Positions 55,009 through 63,700 of a DNA stretch of 64,000 nt are shown piece after piece. Below the pieces are notes generated by a model that made no database searches, was not told the DNA's origin, and saw nothing but the letters and a program-made list of their open reading frames with translations. The stretch covers positions 1 through 64,000 of IMG/VR virus record IMGVR_UViG_3300005253_000144, one strand, 5' to 3'. The DNA is from a virus. Every line of letters starts with the position of its first letter. The first letter of the stretch is position 1. The position numbers and the translations under genes were made by a program.

Positions 55009-55302
55009 TTACGTAATCCAGATATCTTCTACATCGTCAAAGCACAATACTTCTGGTACTCCGCCAATTCGGAAATCTGCCTCGCGCAATCTTCGGTCGT
55101 AGGAAGGGGAATAGTCGTTCTTAGCGCACATCTTGCACAATCTGCCTTTTCTGCTTAATGTGAGGCGGTGATTATGTCCAGTCCAACATATCACTTGACA
55201 TGCTGGGCCAATTGACGGATTATCGGTATTGGTGCCATACAGCATGGCGTGGTGTCTTACATTTCGTAGTGGTGATTTGTAATATATGAGCCTGTTGCTC
55301 AT
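55009..55302 (-). CDS. Hypothetical Cys-rich protein
   Basis: Coupled ORF; 'LCKMCAK'. Confidence 0.5.
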   Translation of the reverse strand: MSNRLIYYKSPLRNVRHHAMLYGTNTDNPSIGPACQVICWTGHNHRLTLSRKGRLCKMCAKNDYSPSYDRRLREADFRIGGVPEVLCFDDVEDIWIT

Positions 55303-55691
55303 TTCCTTGAAAACATAGCTTTTATGTCACTATAAATTTGCTTGAGCAAAGCTTGCCCTTTTCCCGACATCGGCTTATCTTCAAATACCTGCTCTTCAAC
55401 AGATAATGTGGCCGTGCAAGTGACAATCACCATTCTCTGTTTTTCATCAACGCGGACTATTTTGAAAATTATTTGCTCATCTTTAATTTCTTCTTCTACA
55501 ATCATGCTCGTCATTCTAATAGCATGTAAAAGATGTTGGCGGCCATAGTGAATGCCATCGCTGTATGGGCCAAGTTCGTTGAATGGATTTATATACTCCC
55601 CCTTAAAGTTTTGACTTTCGCCAAACTTGGTCTCTTCCTCTTCAATGAACTTCAGCATTTCCTTAACTAGTCTGCCCTTATCTTCAGCCAT
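55299..55691 (-). CDS. Hypothetical protein
   Basis: ORF with RBS. Confidence 0.55.
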   Translation of the reverse strand: MAEDKGRLVKEMLKFIEEEETKFGESQNFKGEYINPFNELGPYSDGIHYGRQHLLHAIRMTSMIVEEEIKDEQIIFKIVRVDEKQRMVIVTCTATLSVEEQVFEDKPMSGKGQALLKQIYSDIKAMFSRK

Positions 55692-55694
55692 CGC

Positions 55695-56102
55695 TCATCC
55701 CTCCGCTTCCGGCATTGGGTCCAACCAATTGCCAACAACCTCATACTTTTGTCCAGCCCAATAACGAAAACCCTGAAACCCTTTATATGGAATCGGTCGA
55801 ATCCATGTCCAGGTATCAGCCGGTATTGCAATATAATATCCTGCTCCCCACTCCTCCCCGCTTACTTCATCGGTCATATATCCGCGCCATGCAGTATTGG
55901 TAACTACCCCAAAACCGCGGATATAGCCATCTTCAACATAAAATATTTTGGTCTCGCCTGTACGTAATAGCTTTGGTAAGCGCGCGAATTTACGGAAATA
56001 ATAACCACCGCCATGTTTAATACAGGCCGCCGCTTCGCGGGCAGCATGTTTGATTTGGTTGATGGGCGTGGTGACCAATATATCGTGATTGGATGAAAGC
56101 AT
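55695..56102 (-). CDS. PUA/EVE-like domain protein
   Basis: 'KIFYVEDGYIRGF', 'PIPYKGFQGFRY'. Confidence 0.55.
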   Translation of the reverse strand: MLSSNHDILVTTPINQIKHAAREAAACIKHGGGYYFRKFARLPKLLRTGETKIFYVEDGYIRGFGVVTNTAWRGYMTDEVSGEEWGAGYYIAIPADTWTWIRPIPYKGFQGFRYWAGQKYEVVGNWLDPMPEAEG

Positions 56103-56692
56103 TATTCCTGCTTCTCCTCTTTCAGCGTTACGATAACACTTGAACTTGTGGGTTCATGCCCCAGCTTTTTCCCGGTGGCCGTCACTGCTTCAGAAAAATA
56201 CCACCACATATTAAACTTATCTGTGCCAAGTAATGCCAATAATTTGATTAATCTGCGCACAAGCAGTTCCTGGTCTCCCTGATTTTCAAAAAATCTTATC
56301 GTTCCCTTGAATGGTGTATACGTGCAGTGGCTAATATCATTATTGTGACTATGCTCATCCACGACCCATCTTCGCTCATCAATCTTTCCATAACAGTCAA
56401 AGCTTGAACCAACATCGCTATCATCATGCGCAGATACAAGCAATAGTTCACAATTCAAATCAGGGCAACATCTTGGACGGGCCGGACCAGGACATTGGCT
56501 CCCGCTCCAGGCATCCTTTTCATGCCATGTAATTTGACACCATTCACATAACCAGATACCTTGCTTGGTTAGTGATATATTAATTCTATGACCAGTCAAT
56601 TTTCCTCTAGCCTCCACCGCCGCCGCCAGATGAGCCGCCAGATGATTTTCCCCCGCTTCTAATACCGGGGCTAATGCCGGGGAACGGGCCAA
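56102..56692 (-). CDS. Hypothetical Cys/His-rich protein
   Basis: ORF with several Cys motifs. Confidence 0.5.
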   Translation of the reverse strand: MARSPALAPVLEAGENHLAAHLAAAVEARGKLTGHRINISLTKQGIWLCEWCQITWHEKDAWSGSQCPGPARPRCCPDLNCELLLVSAHDDSDVGSSFDCYGKIDERRWVVDEHSHNNDISHCTYTPFKGTIRFFENQGDQELLVRRLIKLLALLGTDKFNMWWYFSEAVTATGKKLGHEPTSSSVIVTLKEEKQE

Positions 56693-57122
56693 TCACCATT
56701 CCAGTTTCTGATTCTATCAGATGGGGTGTACCGCTTAATGAAAACTCTTCGTAACCCTGTTGCAGCAATTTGTGCCAAAGAGTTTCCAGTCTTTCAAACA
56801 AAAGCTTCACCTCTTCCAATGGAGTTAGATTTTCAATATTCAGAGCGTCCTCCCATTGGTTCTCTGTAATCTCATTACCTTCGCTATCCAAATATTTAAA
56901 TGAGTCTGAATGTTTGGCCTTGATAACCTCCATGGCCTGGCTTAATGCGTCGCTGATAAATATCTTGTTCATTCTCTCAACCTTCAATTCCTCCTCCGCT
57001 TGCGCAAGCCGCTCCAGCTTCAACCGGACATCTTCCCCTATTTCCTTAACTTGTTTTTCAACGTTTTTCATATCAACCGGCATCTGAAACCTCCATACAA
57101 TTCTCATTAAGCCGAATCTCAT
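56607..57122 (-). CDS. Hypothetical coiled-coil protein
   Basis: ORF; likely start ~57083. Confidence 0.5.
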   Translation of the reverse strand: MRFGLMRIVWRFQMPVDMKNVEKQVKEIGEDVRLKLERLAQAEEELKVERMNKIFISDALSQAMEVIKAKHSDSFKYLDSEGNEITENQWEDALNIENLTPLEEVKLLFERLETLWHKLLQQGYEEFSLSGTPHLIESETGMVIGPFPGISPGIRSGGKSSGGSSGGGGGG

Positions 57123-57675
57123 AAAGTGCCTGGGGAATCACTTCGGTAAGGCGCAGGTCTGCCTTATAGCCATCGTCCCAGGGCGCGCCATCATACCAAG
57201 CCGTTTCGCGGTATCGCTTCATGACTTCATATAGCCCCACAAAGCCATCAATCAAAATGGCCCCTACAAGCGGGAGATTATTTATTGAACCCTCTAACTC
57301 GCGCTCCACTTCAGGATGTTCTATCGGATATTTGAAATCAAGCTGAAGCTGCTCAGGCCTAAACATGAACATTCCTTCATAGGGCGGAAATGGAATGCGA
57401 TTCTTGTAAGGTGAGGATTCTTCCATATAAGGCCTTCCAGCGTTCATTTCCTTATTTCGATGGTGGTGCCATTCACCGCAATACCACCATCGATTTACTT
57501 CCTTTGGCATCTTCAATTTTGCGCGCCAGCGCGCGGTGGTAATATATGGCGTCAAAAACAGCCATTGCCAAGGCGGTCGTACATATTTCATGTTCGTCAT
57601 TTTGTCTCCTGGGAAGCCTCTGTCTTTACGAGTATTCCACATATGGTTAGCCCCCTGTTTATGTTTATGCCCCAT
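57073..57675 (-). CDS. Hypothetical protein
   Basis: ORF in operon. Confidence 0.5.
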   Translation of the reverse strand: MGHKHKQGANHMWNTRKDRGFPGDKMTNMKYVRPPWQWLFLTPYITTARWRAKLKMPKEVNRWWYCGEWHHHRNKEMNAGRPYMEESSPYKNRIPFPPYEGMFMFRPEQLQLDFKYPIEHPEVERELEGSINNLPLVGAILIDGFVGLYEVMKRYRETAWYDGAPWDDGYKADLRLTEVIPQALYEIRLNENCMEVSDAG

Positions 57676-58061
57676 TGAACTTTGGTGACTACCCCGACCA
57701 ATTCGCTTTCTTCTTTTTTGGTAGATGGATAAACCAAAAGGATTTCATCTCCGAGCCGTGGCACATCTTCCATTTCCATTTCCCAAACAATACTTTCTTT
57801 GCCTGCGTGAACTTCATAAATTATGACCTTTGTTATATGTATCATTTTGCAATCCAGGACTCTACTACGTTCCCAGATACAGTCCTCATCATGGGAAAAG
57901 GGTTTGCCTCGGACTTCTGAGCGACGGCAATATTTACAATAGTCCAAACGCGTATCATTGGCCTCATTGATATGCGTTCCTATGGGATGGCTTTTTGCTA
58001 TTTCTGCAATTATCTTAACGTGTTCATTCATCCTTGAAAACTCCTTACTTTCCTTTAGCAT
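57597..58061 (-). CDS. Hypothetical protein
   Basis: ORF; 'CKYC...H.EDC'. Confidence 0.5.
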   Translation of the reverse strand: MLKESKEFSRMNEHVKIIAEIAKSHPIGTHINEANDTRLDYCKYCRRSEVRGKPFSHDEDCIWERSRVLDCKMIHITKVIIYEVHAGKESIVWEMEMEDVPRLGDEILLVYPSTKKEESELVGVVTKVQWGININRGLTICGILVKTEASQETK

Positions 58062-58078
58062 CCTTTCTGCTCATCTAC

Positions 58079-58312
58079 TCAATTAGATAAATGAACAAGG
58101 TTTTGTTTTTCCAATTGGCTCTCTCTTTTCCGCACAAGTAACTCTAGCCCAAGCAATTTGTCTGCTAATCTATTTGATTTATTGCATTCTTTAAGGAACG
58201 CTTGGTCGGTTTTTGACAGGGAAGATAATACACCAAATAATGTGTCGTAATTAATAGTTAGATGAAACTCTTTGCTCATATTATTTGCGTTATGCCAATA
58301 AGTTAGCTTCAC
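58079..58312 (-). CDS. Hypothetical protein
   Basis: ORF with RBS AAAGGTG. Confidence 0.5.
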   Translation of the reverse strand: MKLTYWHNANNMSKEFHLTINYDTLFGVLSSLSKTDQAFLKECNKSNRLADKLLGLELLVRKRESQLEKQNLVHLSN

Positions 58313-58354
58313 AATTCACACCTTTCTGCTTGCGATAAGATAGATTATAGCAAG

Positions 58355-58597
58355 CTAGTCTTCTCTCTGAACAATACCACCTAATTTGATATATAAATCC
58401 ACAGCTCCCTGTGCCTTTTGGGTAAGTATATTGTATCCATCATTGGTTCGCTCCACCAAGCCCAATGCCACCAATTTATCTCTTTCGATTTTTCCGATTA
58501 AATCCCCGTCATAAACTCCAGCTTTTCTTGTGACGATTGATAAAAGCTGGTCAAACATTCCTATAGTAAATATTTGTTCCATTGTCTTGTTCTCCAT
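58355..58597 (-). CDS. Hypothetical protein (winged-helix-like)
   Basis: 'LVALGLVE...YNILTQK'. Confidence 0.5.
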   Translation of the reverse strand: MENKTMEQIFTIGMFDQLLSIVTRKAGVYDGDLIGKIERDKLVALGLVERTNDGYNILTQKAQGAVDLYIKLGGIVQRED

Positions 58598-58603
58598 TTG
58601 CTT

Positions 58604-59119
58604 TCATGTATTTCTTATTATTGTTTCTCCGCTTTCAACCGCTTCCTTGGTTTGAATAATCAAAAATCCCGCCCCCGCCATCTCTAAAGCAAGCGGGGCG
58701 TCTGCATCAATCATCATTGTTTCAGGAGTTATCAGCTCCCAAACCCCAAGTAATTTTCCTAACCCCATTGCCGCCATCGCAAGCCCTTGGTCGCCAATAT
58801 CTGCACCCATCTCCAAATAATTATGTTCTTTGCCGTCTAACCAATGGGGAAATTGGTTTTTGATTAGTTCTGTAAACTCTTCCTTGTCACCTCCTATCTT
58901 AGAAACCTTGAAGAAAATCATATCGGTGGTATGGCCATCGGGCTGATGTGCTTCCGGGTCTTCAGGCGCATCAAAACAGCGACCGCACTTACATGCCCCC
59001 TTTTCGGCATTTTGGTTAACGTAGTCAATCAATTCTCTCAATCCCATACTATTACTCTCCTTTGATAACTCATCCAAATAACCTACTATACATAACGATT
59101 GAACCTGCAACCGCCACAT
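58604..59119 (-). CDS. Hypothetical protein
   Basis: Likely start at MGLRE (~59047) with RBS AAGGAG; 'CKCGRC'. Confidence 0.55.
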   Translation of the reverse strand: MWRLQVQSLCIVGYLDELSKESNSMGLRELIDYVNQNAEKGACKCGRCFDAPEDPEAHQPDGHTTDMIFFKVSKIGGDKEEFTELIKNQFPHWLDGKEHNYLEMGADIGDQGLAMAAMGLGKLLGVWELITPETMMIDADAPLALEMAGAGFLIIQTKEAVESGETIIRNT

Positions 59120-59504
59120 TATAAGATGGTATGTTGATGGCCTCTAGTGATACTAGCATATTGCAATCGTCCACAATCACATCGGGTAATCCGTTATCTT
59201 CCGCCCCTAATATGTAAATGGCGCGTTCAGGATGGGCAAATGACGATAATGCGGTACCGCCCATCTCTACTGCCACAGTCAGGCAATTCTTGGGCATATG
59301 ACTCTTGAATTCATCCCAGTCTAAATAATGATAAAGCGGAAGATGCAAATATGCTTTGCTGGTATCGCTGGCTTGTTTTTTGTAGCGGCGGCCAATGGTA
59401 AAGATGAATGCCGCGCCAAGCTGTTGAGCAGAGCGCCATAGAGTACCGATATTCACTTCCATTTTAGTATGATAAATGCCTATTCCAAAATAGCCGCGTC
59501 TCAT
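59070..59504 (-). CDS. SpoU/TrmH-family RNA 2'-O-methyltransferase (SPOUT)
   Basis: 'NIGTLWRSA', 'ILGAEDNGL', 'SYNVAVAGSIVMY'. Confidence 0.9.
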   Translation of the reverse strand: MRRGYFGIGIYHTKMEVNIGTLWRSAQQLGAAFIFTIGRRYKKQASDTSKAYLHLPLYHYLDWDEFKSHMPKNCLTVAVEMGGTALSSFAHPERAIYILGAEDNGLPDVIVDDCNMLVSLEAINIPSYNVAVAGSIVMYSRLFG

Positions 59505-59695
59505 CTTGTTGCAATCTCCTCTGCCAAGTCTATCTCTAAATTAAGTTTATCCAGGGTCTTTAAAACACAACCGCAGCATATTTTCGATACGCCGGATATG
59601 CCGCTTGGAAACTTGTAAACGAATTGCGGCTCTTTCCCGCATCGCCTACACATGAAGGCCTTGTCCTTAGGCAATACATATATGAAATTATTCAT
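59501..59695 (-). CDS. Small Zn-finger protein
   Basis: CRRC...CCGC. Confidence 0.45.
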   Translation of the reverse strand: MNNFIYVLPKDKAFMCRRCGKEPQFVYKFPSGISGVSKICCGCVLKTLDKLNLEIDLAEEIATR

Positions 59696-59867
59696 AACTA
59701 CTGAATGCTATAAATACAGAGTCCATCCGGTCCTCTTGCCGATAATCCTGGTCTGAGTATTGTTTCCATTGTCTAACAAATTCCTTTTCAAATCGGCGTT
59801 TCCTTATATGCCGCCAAATGCGTAGCCCAATCAGATATAAGAATATGTAGCCTAGTATTTCAATCAT
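59688..59867 (-). CDS. Small membrane-anchored protein (59 aa, not in track)
   Basis: Manual translation MIEILGYIFLYLIGLRIWRHIRKRR...; overlaps both neighbours. Confidence 0.45.
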   Translation of the reverse strand: MIEILGYIFLYLIGLRIWRHIRKRRFEKEFVRQWKQYSDQDYRQEDRMDSVFIAFSSYE

Positions 59868-60081
59868 TTATAACCTCAACTTCAATTCCGCTTGCATATT
59901 TATGTGCCCCATAACCACCCAAAATCAACCCAGCACAATACTCACAATACTTATGGTTCTCCCAGTGTGGCCTATTGTGTAGTATGTACCCGGCAACATT
60001 CGGGCAGTATTCTGTGGGAACCATCTCATTATCAATTAAATCCCATGCTCTCCAGGAGCTACATGCAACGTCAGCCATCAA
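59860..60081 (-). CDS. Hypothetical protein
   Basis: ORF with RBS GAGGAG. Confidence 0.5.
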   Translation of the reverse strand: MMADVACSSWRAWDLIDNEMVPTEYCPNVAGYILHNRPHWENHKYCEYCAGLILGGYGAHKYASGIEVEVIND

Positions 60082-60168
60082 TCTTACTCCTCAAATCCCC
60101 TACCTAATGCAGTACCAATAGCCAATATATCTTTTGGTAATTTGGGTTTCATGTACCTAGTATTTCAA

Positions 60169-60528
60169 TCATTTTAGCCTAGGTAGCCAATAGATTAGCT
60201 CTTTTCCATTAGGGTCGCGGTAGTCAAATACCCAAAACTGATAATGCCCATCGCTATCCCCAACCGCAGTCCACATAAATATTATTCGGAAATTCTTTGG
60301 CTCTCCTGCTGGAAAAGCAAAGTAGTAATGAATTAGTCCCCAGCATATTGAATCAGAATAATATTCGTATGTTAGAGAATTAACTCTAACCTCTGTGGTG
60401 TTCTGCCTTCCAACACAGTCTGGATGACCATAGCCAGGTTCTGTTTTTACTTCGTACGGCACAACCAAAATCAGTATAACCAGTAAAACTATCCATTTGC
60501 GCTTCATAACTTCACCATTTCCAATCAA
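60169..60528 (-). CDS. Signal-anchored protein, paralog 1 of tandem triplet
   Basis: N-terminal TM ending in VPYE; conserved Cys. Confidence 0.6.
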   Translation of the reverse strand: MIGNGEVMKRKWIVLLVILILVVPYEVKTEPGYGHPDCVGRQNTTEVRVNSLTYEYYSDSICWGLIHYYFAFPAGEPKNFRIIFMWTAVGDSDGHYQFWVFDYRDPNGKELIYWLPRLK

Positions 60529-60880
60529 TCAGGGTCCGAATTAACTTTAGGTCTTCTCTGGTATAGTTTTCCCAGTCAAATGCTCGGTAGTCACTTATAT
60601 GAAGAAAGTTGCTTTCATCCCAACACTCGCACCAAATGTAATTTACAGATAATGACTTTGGATAATCACCCCCAATAATTACTATAATGGCAAACAAATT
60701 ATCACATTTATATTCTAAATAAGCCGAATAAATGATAGCGTCTAGCTGTATGGATTTGTTTTCTAGCCCGGCCTCACAGTCAGGCCATTCGGGGACATCA
60801 GAGGTTCTTGTGCTGTAAGGCATGAAGAAAACCCCGACCAGCAATCCTACAAGTAAATAAAGAAACGTTCTTGGCTTCAT
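60512..60880 (-). CDS. Signal-anchored protein, paralog 2
   Basis: TM + MPY; 'WCECWD', 'DWEN', 'LIDWKW'. Confidence 0.6.
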   Translation of the reverse strand: MKPRTFLYLLVGLLVGVFFMPYSTRTSDVPEWPDCEAGLENKSIQLDAIIYSAYLEYKCDNLFAIIVIIGGDYPKSLSVNYIWCECWDESNFLHISDYRAFDWENYTREDLKLIRTLIDWKW

Positions 60881-60883
60881 ATA

Positions 60884-61243
60884 TCACCACTCCCAGTCAA
60901 TAAGTAGAACATTCATTTTATCTTCCCATGTTGGGTTTTCCCAGTCATATTCCCAAAAGTTTTCCGCAGTGAGCATGTTCTTTTTTTCCCAGCACACACA
61001 CCATGCATACCTTACGGACAAAGCCCTTGGGCGGTATTCTGCTCCAAGATACATCCTGAATATATATAGCTTGCCACACATAAAATCGGCATTCGCAGAG
61101 TAGACTAATGCAGCTATTTGTATTCTTTTCTCTTCGCGGCCACATATATGCCATGGGGGATTATCAGAGGTATCTATTTCATATGGAACAATCAAAATAA
61201 GCAACGCAATCAGTGCTAACCCTAGCCTCCACCTTCTCTTCAT
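60884..61243 (-). CDS. Signal-anchored protein, paralog 3
   Basis: TM + VPYE; 'WCVCWE', 'DWEN', 'LIDWEW'. Confidence 0.6.
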   Translation of the reverse strand: MKRRWRLGLALIALLILIVPYEIDTSDNPPWHICGREEKRIQIAALVYSANADFMCGKLYIFRMYLGAEYRPRALSVRYAWCVCWEKKNMLTAENFWEYDWENPTWEDKMNVLLIDWEW

Positions 61244-61374
61244 TTGCGCATATCCGCGATTATGAGCACGCCGATAATTAATAAAATAAAGCCCCCAATT
61301 TCCTTTGTCGTTTCAATATCAGCAAGTAAGACGCCCCAAACTACTAGGATAATACCAATTATTATTTCTACCAT
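61240..61374 (-). CDS. Small 2-TM protein (44 aa, not in track)
   Basis: Manual translation MVEIIIGIILVVWGVLLADIETTKEIGGFILLIIGVLIIADMRK; RBS GGAG. Confidence 0.5.
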   Translation of the reverse strand: MVEIIIGIILVVWGVLLADIETTKEIGGFILLIIGVLIIADMRK

Positions 61375-61388
61375 TCTACGCTCCAATT

Positions 61389-61874
61389 TCAGCTAACAAT
61401 AAAACCGCCTACAGGAATAGGTCTTTCCGCAAGGTCGAAAAGCCACCGCGTTCTTTCCTTCGCCCACTCCAAATCGGCCTCCCGGTTGGCAATCATTTCA
61501 GATATCTTAATAAGGTCTGAATCTTCTGCTTCACCCGCTTCAATTGAATTCTTGACTTTCTTTCTATAATATTGCTGAAGCCCGTAGGCAGTAGTAGATA
61601 ATCCTAAATAAGAAATTTTTGGCGCGTGTTCATTAACGTTCCATCCCCAAAAAACTCCGCCAACATATAAACAGGGTTGTGCCGTTGCGCCTTTGTCAAA
61701 TTCTGCGCTTTCCCACTCCTCACCCTTTGGTCGATTGTTCGGATTACACCATAATGAAAAACCCGCCATTAGTGGTTCGTAAACAGCATTGGGTGCAGGT
61801 GAGCGGAACACATCAAATATTCGTGCCTGCTCTATGACCGACGCATAAATCAAATGTTCCATTTGGTGACTCAT
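61389..61874 (-). CDS. Hypothetical protein
   Basis: ORF. Confidence 0.55.
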   Translation of the reverse strand: MSHQMEHLIYASVIEQARIFDVFRSPAPNAVYEPLMAGFSLWCNPNNRPKGEEWESAEFDKGATAQPCLYVGGVFWGWNVNEHAPKISYLGLSTTAYGLQQYYRKKVKNSIEAGEAEDSDLIKISEMIANREADLEWAKERTRWLFDLAERPIPVGGFIVS

Positions 61875-61929
61875 ATTTTCTGCCTTAAGAATTCTATATA
61901 ATCTTTTTCAATAGCCTCCACGTATTCTC

Positions 61930-62304
61930 TCATTCCACAATACACGCTTCGAGATTAATCATATTGCTACCATCGCGTTCTTGCACAAAACACCAGATTT
62001 CCCGCGGTTCAAATATGGTGTCAATGATTTCTTCATCGTGAGGAACAAGTGGTGCTTGGGGCTGACTTTCGAGCCACAGGTAAATCAGCATATCTTTTCT
62101 TTTCCTCATATCCTTTTGCATCCGTTGTATTTCCGCCGAATACCCGAAGCGCATCAAATCCGTAGAACTTTGCGCGTCTACAAAATAAACTTGTAGTTGA
62201 TGGCGATTCTTCGCGCTCTCGTCTGCCACAACTTGTTGTAAAACTACCCATGATAAAGCTACTGAAATTATTACCGTCAATGCGTATTTCCAAATGTTCT
62301 TCAT
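61930..62304 (-). CDS. Hypothetical protein with N-terminal TM
   Basis: RBS AAGGAG; hydrophobic N-terminus. Confidence 0.55.
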   Translation of the reverse strand: MKNIWKYALTVIISVALSWVVLQQVVADESAKNRHQLQVYFVDAQSSTDLMRFGYSAEIQRMQKDMRKRKDMLIYLWLESQPQAPLVPHDEEIIDTIFEPREIWCFVQERDGSNMINLEACIVE

Positions 62305-62325
62305 CGGTACTCCTTTGTGTAAATG

Positions 62326-62976
62326 TTACTTGGGAAAATCCTTATGCTTAATCTTGGTAATTATGCGGTTGCCGCGCCGATTAAGTAATTCAACTTCAGG
62401 GCGCATCACCATTCCTTCTGCTTGGAAGTCCCCCCAGCGGGACATAAATCCATTCCTGGTTTGCTCCACAGCAGTATACAAATTGCCTTGGCCGATAATA
62501 GGCGTAATTTGCAACCCCAGTTTTTCTGCGACGTCTTCAACGTTTTCGCGTTCTAAGAACATTTCACCGACCTTTACATCAAAGAGGCAAAAGTCAACAC
62601 CATCAGAAATGTAATTCCCGCCGCCTTTTTGAATCCGTGCCCCAAACCCTTCGCCGTAGAGACAAACACCAGTGTCATAATCAAAGGCATTCTGTACGTT
62701 TTCCAAAGTGAACACCTCTTGTAATTTGCTTTCCAGGAACGGTGGTATCTGTGCTTTATCGGTCTTACCGCCAAATCGTATTCCTTCAGCATCATACATT
62801 ACTCGAATGTTAGTGCCGTCTACCTTTTCGGTAAATACCCAATTGTTGCTTTTGAGATAGTCGAATTCAGGATGTGCAAATTCGTCTAACAATGTCTTGT
62901 AATTATTAGTTGGGTCTCGCTTGTAAACTGTTGTGATTTTATGATATGGGTACATCGGGTATTTGCGGTCGGGCAT
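62326..62976 (-). CDS. ATP-dependent RNA ligase (Rnl2-like adenylation domain)
   Basis: Motif I 'TEKVDGTN', III 'LYGEG', IIIa 'FCLFDV', IV 'EGMVMRP', V 'KIKHKDF'. Confidence 0.85.
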   Translation of the reverse strand: MPDRKYPMYPYHKITTVYKRDPTNNYKTLLDEFAHPEFDYLKSNNWVFTEKVDGTNIRVMYDAEGIRFGGKTDKAQIPPFLESKLQEVFTLENVQNAFDYDTGVCLYGEGFGARIQKGGGNYISDGVDFCLFDVKVGEMFLERENVEDVAEKLGLQITPIIGQGNLYTAVEQTRNGFMSRWGDFQAEGMVMRPEVELLNRRGNRIITKIKHKDFPK

Positions 62977-62981
62977 CGTTA

Positions 62982-63431
62982 CTATTGCTCAATTTCCATT
63001 ATTTGTTCCAGTTCAAAAGTTGCATATTGCCCACCATGTACCTTATGTGCACGCAACTGTGCTGCGATAACAATTCCAGTATCGGTCATGCGCACGCCCC
63101 CACTCGTGAGCGTTAGAAACTCTACAAATCCTGCCTTGACCATATTTTCTAGGCAATCCCAATCATCATGCTCTTTAATTACATTTGGTTTCTCTTCGGT
63201 GTGTCCTTTGAGGCGTGTTCCATATTTATAGCCGTAGGGAGGTTTTTCAAGAGCAAGGATTGCCCTAGCTTGTATATGACCTACAAGTAATGGATGTGTT
63301 CTGATATTCACGCGTAGTTTGTTCCGGTCTATTTGCCCCCATTGGTCCAACGCATCTACACAAATGGTTTCAAGATAAGCTAACAAACTCCAATGGTCGC
63401 GTCCAAATTTTTCAACTGGCACAGTTTCCAT
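62982..63431 (-). CDS. Conserved phage hypothetical protein
   Basis: 'FGRDHWSLLAY', 'TRLK', 'HDDWDC'; RBS GAGGAG. Confidence 0.6.
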   Translation of the reverse strand: METVPVEKFGRDHWSLLAYLETICVDALDQWGQIDRNKLRVNIRTHPLLVGHIQARAILALEKPPYGYKYGTRLKGHTEEKPNVIKEHDDWDCLENMVKAGFVEFLTLTSGGVRMTDTGIVIAAQLRAHKVHGGQYATFELEQIMEIEQ

Positions 63432-63464
63432 GGTGTGAACTCCTCATCATTAACATTCCCGCCA

Positions 63465-63493
63465 ATTGTAGCACCTTGGTTAGTATATGTCAA
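63465..63493 (-). promoter_or_regulatory. sigma70 promoter
   Basis: TTGACA-N17-TACAAT with TG extension. Confidence 0.75.
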
Positions 63494-63687
63494 TCGGTTT
63501 GCCTCTTTAATATACGAAGGCATTTTTTACAAGTCACATTATCCTTTTCGGTTGTCCATAAAGCTTGTCCCAAATTTATTGCTCTAGGCCGCTTAAAACA
63601 AAGGGCCGACACATGACCATCTGACCTAATATGTGATGCCATATGATAAATCTTGTCATCGTAATATGGGTCATTTTTAGGTGACAT
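63490..63687 (-). CDS. Small Cys-containing protein
   Basis: 'ALC...VTCKKC'. Confidence 0.5.
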   Translation of the reverse strand: MSPKNDPYYDDKIYHMASHIRSDGHVSALCFKRPRAINLGQALWTTEKDNVTCKKCLRILKRQTD

Positions 63688-63700
63688 ATTTCATATTGAA

